From Desulfotignum sp. (GTDB lineage: Bacteria > Desulfobacterota > Desulfobacteria > Desulfobacterales > Desulfobacteraceae), in assembly GCA_032250905.1 (NCBI GenBank), contig JAVVEQ010000010.1, positions 12,000-75,999 on the forward strand: 64,000 bases of DNA, read 5' to 3'. How positions within the stretch are numbered: position 1 is the first letter of the stretch; every line of letters starts with the position of its first letter. Shown here in pieces: positions 13,349-22,916 of the stretch. Made by a program: the position numbers and the translations under genes. The notes under the pieces were generated by a model. That model was not told the origin of the DNA and searched no databases. It saw nothing but the letters and a program-made list of their open reading frames with translations.

Positions 13349-14811
13349 ACAAACCGAACATTGCCGTTCTGGGCACGGGTTCGGATGTCGGAAAAAGCAT
13401 CATCGCAGCGGGCATCTGCCGGTACCTGGTGGACAATGGCCAGCATGTAGCACCATTCAAGGCCCAGAACATGTCCAACAATTCAGGCATCACTCCGGAA
13501 GGCCTGGAGATCGGAAGGGCCCAGATCGTCCAGGCGGAAGCCGCCCGGATTGCACCCCATGTTCACATGAATCCCATTCTGCTGAAGCCGTTTGGTGACA
13601 AACAGTCCCAGGTCGTACTGAACGGCCGGGTTCACGGCAATCACACGGCCATGGATTATCACACCTGCAAACCCTTTTATTTTGAAACGGCTTGCCAGGC
13701 CTTTGATGCCCTCGCAGCCGAATATGACCGCATCGTTCTGGAAGGGGCCGGCTCGTGTGCGGAAGTCAACCTGATGGACACGGACATTGTCAATTTTCCC
13801 ATGGCTGAATATGCCGATGCGCATGTGATCTTGACCGCAGACATTCACCGGGGCGGGGTGTTCGCCCAGGTGGTGGGAACGCTGGCCTGCCTGCCTTCCC
13901 GTTTCAGGGACAGGGTCAAAGGCATCATCATCAACCGGTTCAGGGGGGATATCGATCTGTTTAAAGACGGTGTGTCATGGATTGAACAGAACACCGGGAA
14001 ACCGGTACTGGGGGTATTGCCCTGGTATTCTCATTTCAGAATTGATGCAGAAGATTCGGTTGAAATTGAAAAATCAAATGATTTCAAATCGCTGCGCTCT
14101 GATCTGCCTGCCATTGCCATATTGAGACTGCCCCATATTGCCAATTTCACAGATTTTCATGCCCTGACCCGAATCAATGGATTGCAGACGATGTTCATTG
14201 ATTCACCAAAGCATCTGAACCGATTTTCCGCCATTGTCATACCGGGTTCAAAAAATACACGAAAAGACCTGATCTGGGTCATGGAACAGTTTGAAACCCC
14301 CTTGAAATCATATATTCAAACCGGCGGCCATATTCTGGGCATCTGTGGGGGGTACCAGATGCTGGGACAATGGGTGGAGGATCCGGACGGACTGGAAGGC
14401 GATCCCGGACAGACACGGGGACTGGGACTGCTGCCTGTCCAAACCATTCTGCAGGCCCCCAAAACCACCACGTTAAGCGAATTCAACTGGGACAATGTCC
14501 ATGGCAGAGGATATGAAATTCACATGGGTACCACCCGGCTCACCGGCGGCACCCCGTTTATCCGAATTGTTTCCCGAAACGGCAGAACGGTTTCGGAAAC
14601 CGACGGGTGCCTCGCAGACAATGGTCAGGTGGCTGGAACTTATATCCACGGTTTTTTTGATTTCAACGCCATTATCAAAAAATGGTTTGGTTTGGTGGGA
14701 GTGGATCATCCCTTGGATTATGCAGTTGACGCGGCCATTGAAAAAGACCGGGACTACGACCAGTTGAAAAATCATATGGAAACCTACCTGGACCTGAAAT
14801 CTCTGCTTTGA
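13345..14811 (+). CDS. cobQ: cobyric acid synthase
   Basis: GTGSDVGKS, PFKAQNMSNNS, EGAGSCAE, HIANFTDF, GICGGYQ and GTYIHG. Confidence 0.96.
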   Translation: MNKPNIAVLGTGSDVGKSIIAAGICRYLVDNGQHVAPFKAQNMSNNSGITPEGLEIGRAQIVQAEAARIAPHVHMNPILLKPFGDKQSQVVLNGRVHGNHTAMDYHTCKPFYFETACQAFDALAAEYDRIVLEGAGSCAEVNLMDTDIVNFPMAEYADAHVILTADIHRGGVFAQVVGTLACLPSRFRDRVKGIIINRFRGDIDLFKDGVSWIEQNTGKPVLGVLPWYSHFRIDAEDSVEIEKSNDFKSLRSDLPAIAILRLPHIANFTDFHALTRINGLQTMFIDSPKHLNRFSAIVIPGSKNTRKDLIWVMEQFETPLKSYIQTGGHILGICGGYQMLGQWVEDPDGLEGDPGQTRGLGLLPVQTILQAPKTTTLSEFNWDNVHGRGYEIHMGTTRLTGGTPFIRIVSRNGRTVSETDGCLADNGQVAGTYIHGFFDFNAIIKKWFGLVGVDHPLDYAVDAAIEKDRDYDQLKNHMETYLDLKSLL

Positions 14812-14842
14812 AAATGATACGTGTCTGACACCGGCTGTTGAA

Positions 14843-15424
14843 TCAAGAAGTCAGTTTGATCTGAAACAGTGGCGTATGAACCGCACCTTCCGCCGAAAGC
14901 CGGCTTTCATAGAAAACAAGGCGGTTGACCCGAAAAGCCGGGGAGGTTTCGTTTTCAAAACGTTTGATCAAAGGGCTCATAACACGCTGCCGGACCGGGT
15001 TTTTAATTCGTGCCAAAGTAATGTGGGGAAAGAAGGGTCGGGATTGTGCGGGAATATCCATGGCGTGAAGTTGTCTGTCCAACGCTGTCACAAGCTGCGT
15101 CAACAGACGGGTCTGACCCCCGATGCCACTCCACACGACCCGGGCTTTTTTGACATTCGGGAAAACGCCTATGCCCTCAGCCATCAGTGTCGCCTCCGGG
15201 AAGGCGCCGGAAAGAGCCGCCATGGCCGATTGTATGGGTACCAGCATATCCCGGGGGGTCGGCCCCAGAAACTTCAGTGTCAGATGAAACCGATCCGGGT
15301 CTGGCCAGGCAGCGGGTAATCGTGCAGATCTGAGTTCAGACTGGACATAGGATAAAAACCGTTTGACATGATCCGGCAGCGGGATCGCTACAAAAGTCCG
15401 GATCCAATCTGATTTGTCAGCCAT
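14843..15424 (-). CDS. thpR: RNA 2',3'-cyclic phosphodiesterase (2H family)
   Basis: RTFVAIPLP and two HxT motifs (FHLTLKF, PHITLAR). The start was set at MADKSDW (15424). Confidence 0.9.
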   Translation of the reverse strand: MADKSDWIRTFVAIPLPDHVKRFLSYVQSELRSARLPAAWPDPDRFHLTLKFLGPTPRDMLVPIQSAMAALSGAFPEATLMAEGIGVFPNVKKARVVWSGIGGQTRLLTQLVTALDRQLHAMDIPAQSRPFFPHITLARIKNPVRQRVMSPLIKRFENETSPAFRVNRLVFYESRLSAEGAVHTPLFQIKLTS

Positions 15425-15704
15425 GGCATCTGTTTTTGAATCCCAAAAGGACCCGGTATGGTCCGGGTGTGCCATGAGGAACAAAAGCCACGCGGTCCTG
15501 ATCCTTGAGAACGGTTGACAACGGCTGGACCCGGCCGTTCACAAACACCACCTCTACATCCTCATGGGTCAGCTGCATCTGGTGCATCAACATTTCAGCG
15601 GTGGTGCCTTTAGAAATGGAGAGAGAAACATTGGTATACGGCAGATTTTTCTGCGCAAGTTTTTTTTGCAGAAAGGAAAATGCATTGAATGTAATGGTCG
15701 GCAT
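15417..15704 (-). CDS. MoaD/ThiS-family (beta-grasp) protein without a terminal GG
   Basis: VEVVFVNGRV...LKDQDRVAFVP core, followed by the tail HGTPGPYRVLLGFKNRCHG. Confidence 0.8.
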   Translation of the reverse strand: MPTITFNAFSFLQKKLAQKNLPYTNVSLSISKGTTAEMLMHQMQLTHEDVEVVFVNGRVQPLSTVLKDQDRVAFVPHGTPGPYRVLLGFKNRCHG

Positions 15705-15788
15705 GGTCGGTCTCCTTTGATATCATCATATCCAATAGCGAAAATATTCTCAATTGAAAAAAATAACAGTTCTGTTTATATGTAATGG

Positions 15789-17915
15789 ATGCGATTGCGA
15801 CTGATCATATTGATTCTGGCAATATTTGCTTTTTTATCCGTGTCCACGGGAGGATGGCTGTATTATTATTCTTTTAAGAAGGCCGCTTTTCAAACAGGCG
15901 AAACCCAGGCCACCGCTGAACTGAAACTGCTGACCGACCAGCTGGCTACCTATCTGTCTGAACACGACAAATCTGTCCGTGCTCTGTCCCGGATCAAGGA
16001 GCTGGAAACTGTTCTTGTAAGCACAAATCTGGAAACCATTTACAAGGCCAACCAGATTCTGGATATGTTTGCCCGTTCTCTGGAAGTGGATGTCAGCTAT
16101 TTGATGGATGTTGACGGCATCACCATCTGTTCCAGCAATCGGAATCAATTCGACAGTTTTGTAGGCCATGATTTTTCCTTCAGACCGTATTTCAAATCCG
16201 CCGTCCAGGGAATGCCTGCCAGCTATCTCGCACTTGGCATCACCTCCCTGAAACGGGGGGTTTATTACAGTCATCCGGTGTATCATCCGGAGATAAAAAA
16301 AATCATCGGTGTGGCTGTAATTAAATCATCCATTGAATATCTGGAAACCACGTTATTTTCCAATCCGCAACATCTGCTGTTCTTTGTCAGCCCGGACGGC
16401 ATTGTTTTTATCAGCAACCAACCCCGGTATCGATTCAACCTGCTGTGGGCTCTGGATAATAAAGCAGAAGACCAGATCGTCGACTCCCGGCAATTCGGCA
16501 ACGGACCCTGGGAGTGGTCTGGATTCAGCCGGACAGATCCCCGGGACCGGGTCCTGGATAGAAACCACCAGGAATTTCTGTATACGTCCCTTCCGGTGCC
16601 GGATTATCCCAACTGGCAAGTCGTGTCCCTGAAAAACAGGAAATTGCTTGAAAAGCAACTGTCCGCTCCGTTTATCAAAGGGATCGGGCCCGGCGTAATT
16701 TTTATTTCCTGTCTGGCCGGTATCCTGGTTTTTTCTCTTTATCAGCAGGGTGCCAAGGAGATCAATCAACGAAAGGCGGCTGAAGAAAAACTGCGGATCA
16801 GCGAGGAACGATATCGACATATTTATCATAAAACGCCCATCATGCTGCATTCCATAGATATCAGCGGAAAAATTATCCGGGTTTCCGATCACTGGGTGGA
16901 TGTCATGGGATATGATCGAAGCGAGGTGATCGGCCGGCATTTGACGGATTTTTTCACTCCTGAATCCAGAAAACTGGCATTGTCAGAAATTTTTCCCCGG
17001 TTTTTCACAACAGGGTTCTGCAAAGATGTCCCCTATACTTATGTAAAGAAAAATGGATCGCCTCTGGATATTCTGCTTTCCTGTTACGGAGTAAGAGACA
17101 AGGCGGGCCAGGTGGTCCGGTCACTGGCGGTGAGTGTGGATGTTACAGAAAAGAATCGAACCCAGAAAGATCTGGAAATCGCCAAGGAAAAACTGGCCCG
17201 GTACTCTCATGATCTGGAACAGCAGGTCAGCCAGAGAACGGCTCAACTGGAAAAAGCCCAGACCAACCTGAAAAATTTATCTAAAAATATCATCGCTTCC
17301 CAGGAACGGGAGAAAGAACAGGTGGCCAGGGAACTCCATGATCATCTCGGCCAGGTGCTGACCGCCTTGCGTATCGATGTGCTGTGGTTGAAAAAACACT
17401 TTGCGGCCTCACCGGTTCTGGCGGTAACCCGGGCAGAGAAGATGAGTCTCCTTATAGACAAAACCATTCAGGATGTCAGGGATATGGCGTATCGGCTTCG
17501 TCCCCGGGTGCTGGATGATCTGGGCTTGTCCGATGCCCTGGAATCCCTGGTCTCCGATTTTGAGAAGCGATCCAATGTATCCTGTGTGTTTCGGCGGGAT
17601 ATCATACCAACGATTGATAAAACACTGGCCACGGCCCTTTATCGAATCGGCCAGGAAGCGGTGACCAATGCCATTCGCCATGCCCGGGCCACCACCATTA
17701 TCGTCGAGTTGAGATCCGATGATCAGGGCCTGATTCTCTCTGTGGAAGACAACGGCATCGGTTTCGACCCAGATCGGGGAACCCGGCAGACTGGATTCGG
17801 CCTGGAAGGCATGATGGAACGGGCCGATCTGGCCGGGGGGTCACTGAATATCACATCACAAAAAGGCAGGGGTACCCGTGTCACTTGCAAAGTAACCGTG
17901 GGGGGGTGGTCATGA
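15789..17915 (+). CDS. sensor histidine kinase (TM-Cache-TM-PAS-HisKA_3-HATPase)
   Basis: Cache motif DFSFRPYFK, a PAS region, NarX/UhpB-type QEREKEQVARELHDHLGQ, QEAVTNAIRHA and DNGIGF. Confidence 0.92.
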   Translation: MRLRLIILILAIFAFLSVSTGGWLYYYSFKKAAFQTGETQATAELKLLTDQLATYLSEHDKSVRALSRIKELETVLVSTNLETIYKANQILDMFARSLEVDVSYLMDVDGITICSSNRNQFDSFVGHDFSFRPYFKSAVQGMPASYLALGITSLKRGVYYSHPVYHPEIKKIIGVAVIKSSIEYLETTLFSNPQHLLFFVSPDGIVFISNQPRYRFNLLWALDNKAEDQIVDSRQFGNGPWEWSGFSRTDPRDRVLDRNHQEFLYTSLPVPDYPNWQVVSLKNRKLLEKQLSAPFIKGIGPGVIFISCLAGILVFSLYQQGAKEINQRKAAEEKLRISEERYRHIYHKTPIMLHSIDISGKIIRVSDHWVDVMGYDRSEVIGRHLTDFFTPESRKLALSEIFPRFFTTGFCKDVPYTYVKKNGSPLDILLSCYGVRDKAGQVVRSLAVSVDVTEKNRTQKDLEIAKEKLARYSHDLEQQVSQRTAQLEKAQTNLKNLSKNIIASQEREKEQVARELHDHLGQVLTALRIDVLWLKKHFAASPVLAVTRAEKMSLLIDKTIQDVRDMAYRLRPRVLDDLGLSDALESLVSDFEKRSNVSCVFRRDIIPTIDKTLATALYRIGQEAVTNAIRHARATTIIVELRSDDQGLILSVEDNGIGFDPDRGTRQTGFGLEGMMERADLAGGSLNITSQKGRGTRVTCKVTVGGWS

Positions 17916-18550
17916 TCACTGTTCTGCTGGCAGACGATCACAGCATTGTCCGGGACGGGCTGAGGCGGGTTCTGGAAGAAAGCTCCGACATCAAGGTCAT
18001 TGCCGAAGCGTCTGATGGCGAAACCGCATTTGACCTTGCCATGAAAAAACAGCCGGACGTGGCAGTCATCGACATTTCCATGCCCGGCATGGACGGACTG
18101 GAAGTGGTGGCACGAATGAACACATATTGCCCCAAAATTCCGGTGCTTATCCTGACGATGCATGAGGAGGAACAATATGTGATCCGGGCCATGGAAGCCG
18201 GTGCCATGGGGTATGTCACCAAACAGTCCGCCCCGGAACAGCTGGTGGCGGCGGTAAAAAAAATTCATTCCGGGGGGAGATATCTGACGGAAAAAGCCAG
18301 TGAGGCCCTGGCTCTTCGTTACATTCGAGGCAACAAAAACAGACACGCCATTGAATCGCTTTCCATGCGCGAATTGCAGGTATTGCGCAAACTGGCCTGT
18401 GGCAGCACAAATCGGGAAATTGCCATCACTTACAATATCAGTGTGAAAACAGTGGATACCTATCGGGCCAGACTCTTGAAAAAACTGAACCTGCGAAATA
18501 ATGCGGAGTTATCCAGATATGCGATCCAGAACCGCCTGGTGGAATTTTAA
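17912..18550 (+). CDS. NarL/LuxR-family response regulator
   Basis: LLADDHSIVRDGL, DISMPGMDG and the HTH LSMRELQVL...ISVKTVDTYR. ATGA coupling to the kinase. Confidence 0.95.
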   Translation: MITVLLADDHSIVRDGLRRVLEESSDIKVIAEASDGETAFDLAMKKQPDVAVIDISMPGMDGLEVVARMNTYCPKIPVLILTMHEEEQYVIRAMEAGAMGYVTKQSAPEQLVAAVKKIHSGGRYLTEKASEALALRYIRGNKNRHAIESLSMRELQVLRKLACGSTNREIAITYNISVKTVDTYRARLLKKLNLRNNAELSRYAIQNRLVEF

Positions 18551-19083
18551 TCCATCAGATTCAGCCTGGAAAAATTGGAGAAAATTTTATTCAACGTTGA
18601 TTTGCACTGCACCATTTCCTCATTGGAAATACCCTGTTCCGCTTCCATAAGCATCTCCATGACCATAGCCATCAAATCATCCCGAAATGATTTGGCTTTG
18701 TGCGTCAGATAAACCAGCTTGCTGCGTTTGTCGGAGCGATCCGGGACACGCAGCACGATATTCTTTTTTTCCAGAACATTGAGCAGCCGGGTGATGGCGG
18801 CCTTGTCCTTGACCGAGACAATAGAAAGCTCCTGCTGGGTCTGTCCATCTTTTCGGTATAAATGAACCAGAATACTCCATTGTTCATAACTGACATCAAA
18901 TCCGGCATCTGCGAATTTTTTGGTCAGCCGCTTGATGATAGCCCGGGAGGTTCGGCCCACCAGATAGGCGATGGAGGTATCAATGACGCGGTCAAATATT
19001 TCCAGTCCAAGGGGATCAGGTGGGGCAGCCGTGAATTCAGGTGCTAATTGAGTGTCTTTCATGTCTATTTTTTCCATTGCCAT
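18547..19083 (-). CDS. MarR-family transcriptional regulator
   Basis: SYEQWSILVHL...TQQELS...DKAAITRLLNVLEKKNIVLR...DKRSKLVYLT. Confidence 0.92.
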   Translation of the reverse strand: MAMEKIDMKDTQLAPEFTAAPPDPLGLEIFDRVIDTSIAYLVGRTSRAIIKRLTKKFADAGFDVSYEQWSILVHLYRKDGQTQQELSIVSVKDKAAITRLLNVLEKKNIVLRVPDRSDKRSKLVYLTHKAKSFRDDLMAMVMEMLMEAEQGISNEEMVQCKSTLNKIFSNFSRLNLMD

Positions 19084-19132
19084 GGTAATTATCAGCTATT
19101 TTAATAGGTTTCGAGTTACTATGACGGAAAAA

Positions 19133-19185
19133 GGTTGATTCTGCAACCAAATAGTTGCCCCTTTGACAATTTTATCGCTGTCAAA
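19133..19185. promoter_or_regulatory. cluster of palindromes upstream of marR (candidate operators)
   Basis: GGTTG-N6-CAACC (19133-19148), GCAAC-N6-GTTGC (19143-19158) and TTTGACA-N10-TGTCAAA (19162-19185). Confidence 0.4.
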
Positions 19186-19255
19186 AACAAAAAAACCGTT
19201 TCCCTCTGAATTTACCAGAAGAAAACGGCTTGGTGTGAGTCAAGAACCGGCAGGA

Positions 19256-20989
19256 TCAGGCGGCTGATTTTCTGGAAAAAAGCTTCTTCAATGACGAAAT
19301 CCAGATGCCGCTGAGAAACCAGGAATAGGCCCAGGTACCAAAAATAATGGCCACAAAGGCCTTGACAATGTCCATGGGGCTGCCGTCCAGGGAAAAGCCG
19401 GGCACATATCCGAAAAGAAGGGGGCCCAGATAAAGGAATTTGGCAAACTTGAATGAGGTAAACGCGGTTCTCCACATATTGGCCTTGGCAATGGTGGCAC
19501 CGGCAAATGCGGCAATGCATACCGGCGGGGTAATATTGGAATCCTGGGACAGCCAGTAAACGATCATATGGGCGGCCAGCTCGTTCACACCTAAGTGTGT
19601 CAAGGCCGGAACGGCAACCACAGCGGTCACCAGATATGCAGCGGTCACGGGAACCCCCATACCCAGTACCAGAGACGCCAGAGCAACCAGCACAATGGTG
19701 AGCAGCAGAGATCCCCCGGCCAGTTCGATCATGATATCAGCAAAAGTCAGGATCAGACCGGAAAAGGTCAAGACCCCGATGATGATACCGATGACACCGA
19801 CCGTAGCGCCGATCTTCAAACTGTTTTCCGTGCCTTCCCGGGCCGCCTGGACAAACCGCTTCGGTCCGATGCGGGTGTCCTTTCTCACCCAGGAGATCAC
19901 GATACAGGAAACCAGACCCAGAATCGCGGAATAGGCCGGAGAAAATCCGTACAGCATGAACACCGTAATAATAATCAGCGGCATAATATAAAACCATTGC
20001 TTCTTGAAAATTTCCATGGCGCTGAATTTAGATCTTTCTCCCACCACATTTTCCTTTTTGGCCTCATAATGGACCATGACAAACACGGAAAAGAAATACA
20101 TCAATGCCGGAAATATGGCCACCAGCATGATATGGGAATAGGGGAGCCCGGTCAGCTCGGCCATGATAAATCCGCCGGCCCCCATAATGGGCGGCATGAA
20201 CATGCCGCCGATGGAAGCGGCCGGTTCGATAGCACCGGCCACATGGGGCTTGAAACCGGCTTTTTTCATCATGGGGATGGTGAACATTCCCGTGGACACG
20301 GTATTGGCAATGGCGCTGCCGGAAATGGACCCGAACAGGCCCGAAGCGATGACCGACACCTTGCCGGGTCCACCGATGCGGTGGCCCACGGCTGCCAGGG
20401 GCCAGTCAATAAAGAACTTCTGAGCACCGGATTTTTCCAGAAACGCCCCGAAAAGCACAAACAGAATCACATAGGTGGCCAGCACACTGGCCATGATACC
20501 GAACACCCCGTCGCTTTTGTAAAAAATGCTCACGCACAGTTCCGTGAACGGAGCCCCGGCATGGGAAATAAGGTCCGGGGCCATATATCCGTAAACCCCG
20601 TAGCCCAGAAACACGATTCCCATGATGACAAACACATTGCCCACCACCCGCCGGGCCAGTTCGATGCCGATAAGCACGCCAACAATGGCAAAAGCAGCAT
20701 CTACAGGGGTTTCTGCGCCGGTTCGATAGTTGATGACTTCAAACATAATCATCCAGTACCCGACGCTGGCGATGGAAAGGGCAATCAACACATAATCGAT
20801 GACCCGGCCGATGGTGGTTTTACCTTTATATAGCAGGAAGACAAGCATATAGGTGATGATGACATACACGCCCCGGTGATACTGGGTGGCCATCGGCTGC
20901 ACCACAGCGGCCCAGGCATAGAAAAGAACCAGGGTCACCGAGCAGATATCGAAAACAATTTGCTCGAAACGATTCAGGTTACTGTACAC
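19256..20989 (-). CDS. TRAP transporter fused permease (TAXI-associated)
   Basis: Highly hydrophobic. GSISGSAIANTVSTG, AASIGGMFMPPIMGAGGF, LGMGVPVTAAY and SNITPPVC. Confidence 0.93.
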   Translation of the reverse strand: MYSNLNRFEQIVFDICSVTLVLFYAWAAVVQPMATQYHRGVYVIITYMLVFLLYKGKTTIGRVIDYVLIALSIASVGYWMIMFEVINYRTGAETPVDAAFAIVGVLIGIELARRVVGNVFVIMGIVFLGYGVYGYMAPDLISHAGAPFTELCVSIFYKSDGVFGIMASVLATYVILFVLFGAFLEKSGAQKFFIDWPLAAVGHRIGGPGKVSVIASGLFGSISGSAIANTVSTGMFTIPMMKKAGFKPHVAGAIEPAASIGGMFMPPIMGAGGFIMAELTGLPYSHIMLVAIFPALMYFFSVFVMVHYEAKKENVVGERSKFSAMEIFKKQWFYIMPLIIITVFMLYGFSPAYSAILGLVSCIVISWVRKDTRIGPKRFVQAAREGTENSLKIGATVGVIGIIIGVLTFSGLILTFADIMIELAGGSLLLTIVLVALASLVLGMGVPVTAAYLVTAVVAVPALTHLGVNELAAHMIVYWLSQDSNITPPVCIAAFAGATIAKANMWRTAFTSFKFAKFLYLGPLLFGYVPGFSLDGSPMDIVKAFVAIIFGTWAYSWFLSGIWISSLKKLFSRKSAA

Positions 20990-21112
20990 GATATGCCTTC
21001 CTGTTGTTTAAAAGGTTGTCTTCAGAATCGGCTTAATGGCGATGGGCCGGGGCACAGGGCATTTCTCTCCCTGGACCCCGGATGTCAAACACCTGATCAC
21101 ACGGGTCTGATG

Positions 21113-22075
21113 CTATAATACGCCTTTTTCTTTCCAGAACTTTTCAGCGCCCGGATGAAACGGAGTAACCACGCCGGTGGGACCGGATTGAATGGACATG
21201 CTCTTAAAGGTCTTTTTCTGGGATACCATGTGGGCCAGGCCTTCGTCCGTATAGATCAGGGACAGCATCTGATACACAGCGTCTTCAGATACGTCTTTGT
21301 TGGCCACCCAGAGGGCGGCATCCTGGAATGATTTCACCTCGTAGTCAACCCCTTTATAGGTATTGGCCGGAATGGTCACCTTGGCAAAATAGGGATATTC
21401 CTTATAAAAACCGGAGGCTTCTGCATCCTTGTCCAGATCGACCATTGCAATGTCATTGGTCTGTGCCGCCATCATGACAGCTCCGGTGGGATATCCCACA
21501 AACAGCCAGAAAGCGTCCAGCTGATTGTTCCCGAATGCCTGGGCTGCATCATTGTAACCCATGGCATTTCTTTCGATCTTGTCCCAGATGCCCATGTGAG
21601 TGAAAAAAAGCTCGCAGTTGGCAAATGCACCGGAGCCGGCATTGCCCACCCCCACTTTTTTGCCTTCCAGGTCTTTGACGCTCTTGATGCCGGAACCGGC
21701 TTTAACCACCAGCTGGGCAGGGGCACCATACAGAAATGCCACCGCCATCACGTTTTCATATTTGGTAGTATCGTTTTTCATCTTGCCGTTCCGGCCCTGA
21801 TACACATGACCGGAATAGACTACGCTCATCTGCTGACGGCCGGCATCGGTTTTTCTTAAGTTTTCAACCGAACCCGCGGAAGACTGGGCCTGAACCCGGA
21901 TATCGGGCAGTTCTTTAATGGGATCATACACCTGGATGGCGTTGGCCACCACCTGAAAGGTCCCGCCGGCAGGACCGCCCCCGAACACGATTCTTTCCTT
22001 GGCCAGCGCCGCCTGGGAACAGACCATGGATACCACAGCGATCAAACCGATAATCAATAGATGTCTTGCTTTCAT
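21113..22075 (-). CDS. TAXI-family TRAP substrate-binding protein
   Basis: Signal peptide, GGGPAGGTF, SAGSVENL, GKKVGVGNAGSG and PFHPGAEKFWKEKG. GGAGG RBS upstream of ATG 22075. Confidence 0.93.
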   Translation of the reverse strand: MKARHLLIIGLIAVVSMVCSQAALAKERIVFGGGPAGGTFQVVANAIQVYDPIKELPDIRVQAQSSAGSVENLRKTDAGRQQMSVVYSGHVYQGRNGKMKNDTTKYENVMAVAFLYGAPAQLVVKAGSGIKSVKDLEGKKVGVGNAGSGAFANCELFFTHMGIWDKIERNAMGYNDAAQAFGNNQLDAFWLFVGYPTGAVMMAAQTNDIAMVDLDKDAEASGFYKEYPYFAKVTIPANTYKGVDYEVKSFQDAALWVANKDVSEDAVYQMLSLIYTDEGLAHMVSQKKTFKSMSIQSGPTGVVTPFHPGAEKFWKEKGVL

Positions 22076-22256
22076 ACAATCCTCCTTGAATGATATGGGG
22101 TTAAAACGAAAAAGCAGTTTTTCCATGCATATTACCCTACCAACACAAAAGTAAAGGATCAATTGGAAGATTTCTGATTCTGCTGTAGTAATTTTTCTTA
22201 CAAACTTGAAAAAAAGGGACCTCGACAGATGAAAAAAGGCTGCGGTTTCCGGAAAC

Positions 22257-22916
22257 TCATGACGGGTTTCCTGATATCACCTGATCGATGTCGGTAAAAA
22301 GATGGGAAAACCGCTTCCCGTTCCGGGAATGGGTTTTATAATACCGCAAACAGGTTTGAACTGTTGTCAGTGACTGGTGGTGGGAATGCAGGCCGGGCAT
22401 TTCCATGGCCAGACGGGGATGTCTGCCCAGACGTCCCCCCAAAAGGATACGAAACCCGGACTGAACCGGCTCAAGCGTCCGACTCGGGCAGACCTGGATA
22501 CATTTGCCACATCGCTGGCATCGATCCATATCAATGATTGGGGTTTTGTCTCGATCCGGTGTGTCTGTCAACCGGATGGCCTGATCCGGGCATGACTGAA
22601 CACATACGTTACAGCCGTTACAGGCATTATCCCCCACCCCCGGGACCACCGCACCGATGATGCCGATATCTGCGATCTGGGGACGGGAACAGGCATTGGG
22701 GCAATCACTCAAAGTAATGCGAAATACCTGGTGGGGCTTGATATTCTCTCCCAGAGATGTTTTGAGAAATCCTTTAATATCCGCCTGCTCCAGCAGAAAA
22801 GTCAACTCCCGGGCAAGCACTTCCGTGGAACAGGCGACATGAGGGCACCCTTTGCTGCCGGAACAGACGGACACCTCATACCCGGTGACCGGCTTTAATA
22901 TGCCGGCTCCTGTCAT
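22257..22916 (-). CDS. 4Fe-4S protein with a nitrite/sulfite-reductase-type Cys motif and a ferredoxin insert
   Basis: CSGSKGC (Cx5C), CPNAC (Cx3C), CNGCNVCVQSC, CQRCGKCIQVC and GGRLGRHP. Confidence 0.8.
   Translation of the reverse strand: MTGAGILKPVTGYEVSVCSGSKGCPHVACSTEVLARELTFLLEQADIKGFLKTSLGENIKPHQVFRITLSDCPNACSRPQIADIGIIGAVVPGVGDNACNGCNVCVQSCPDQAIRLTDTPDRDKTPIIDMDRCQRCGKCIQVCPSRTLEPVQSGFRILLGGRLGRHPRLAMEMPGLHSHHQSLTTVQTCLRYYKTHSRNGKRFSHLFTDIDQVISGNPS

Noticed and set aside
22125-22143. Possible sigma54 promoter for the TAXI gene (TGGTAGGGTAATATGC)
   Set aside because: GG-to-GC spacing is 11 nt rather than the required 10, and it lacks TGGCAC/TTGC.
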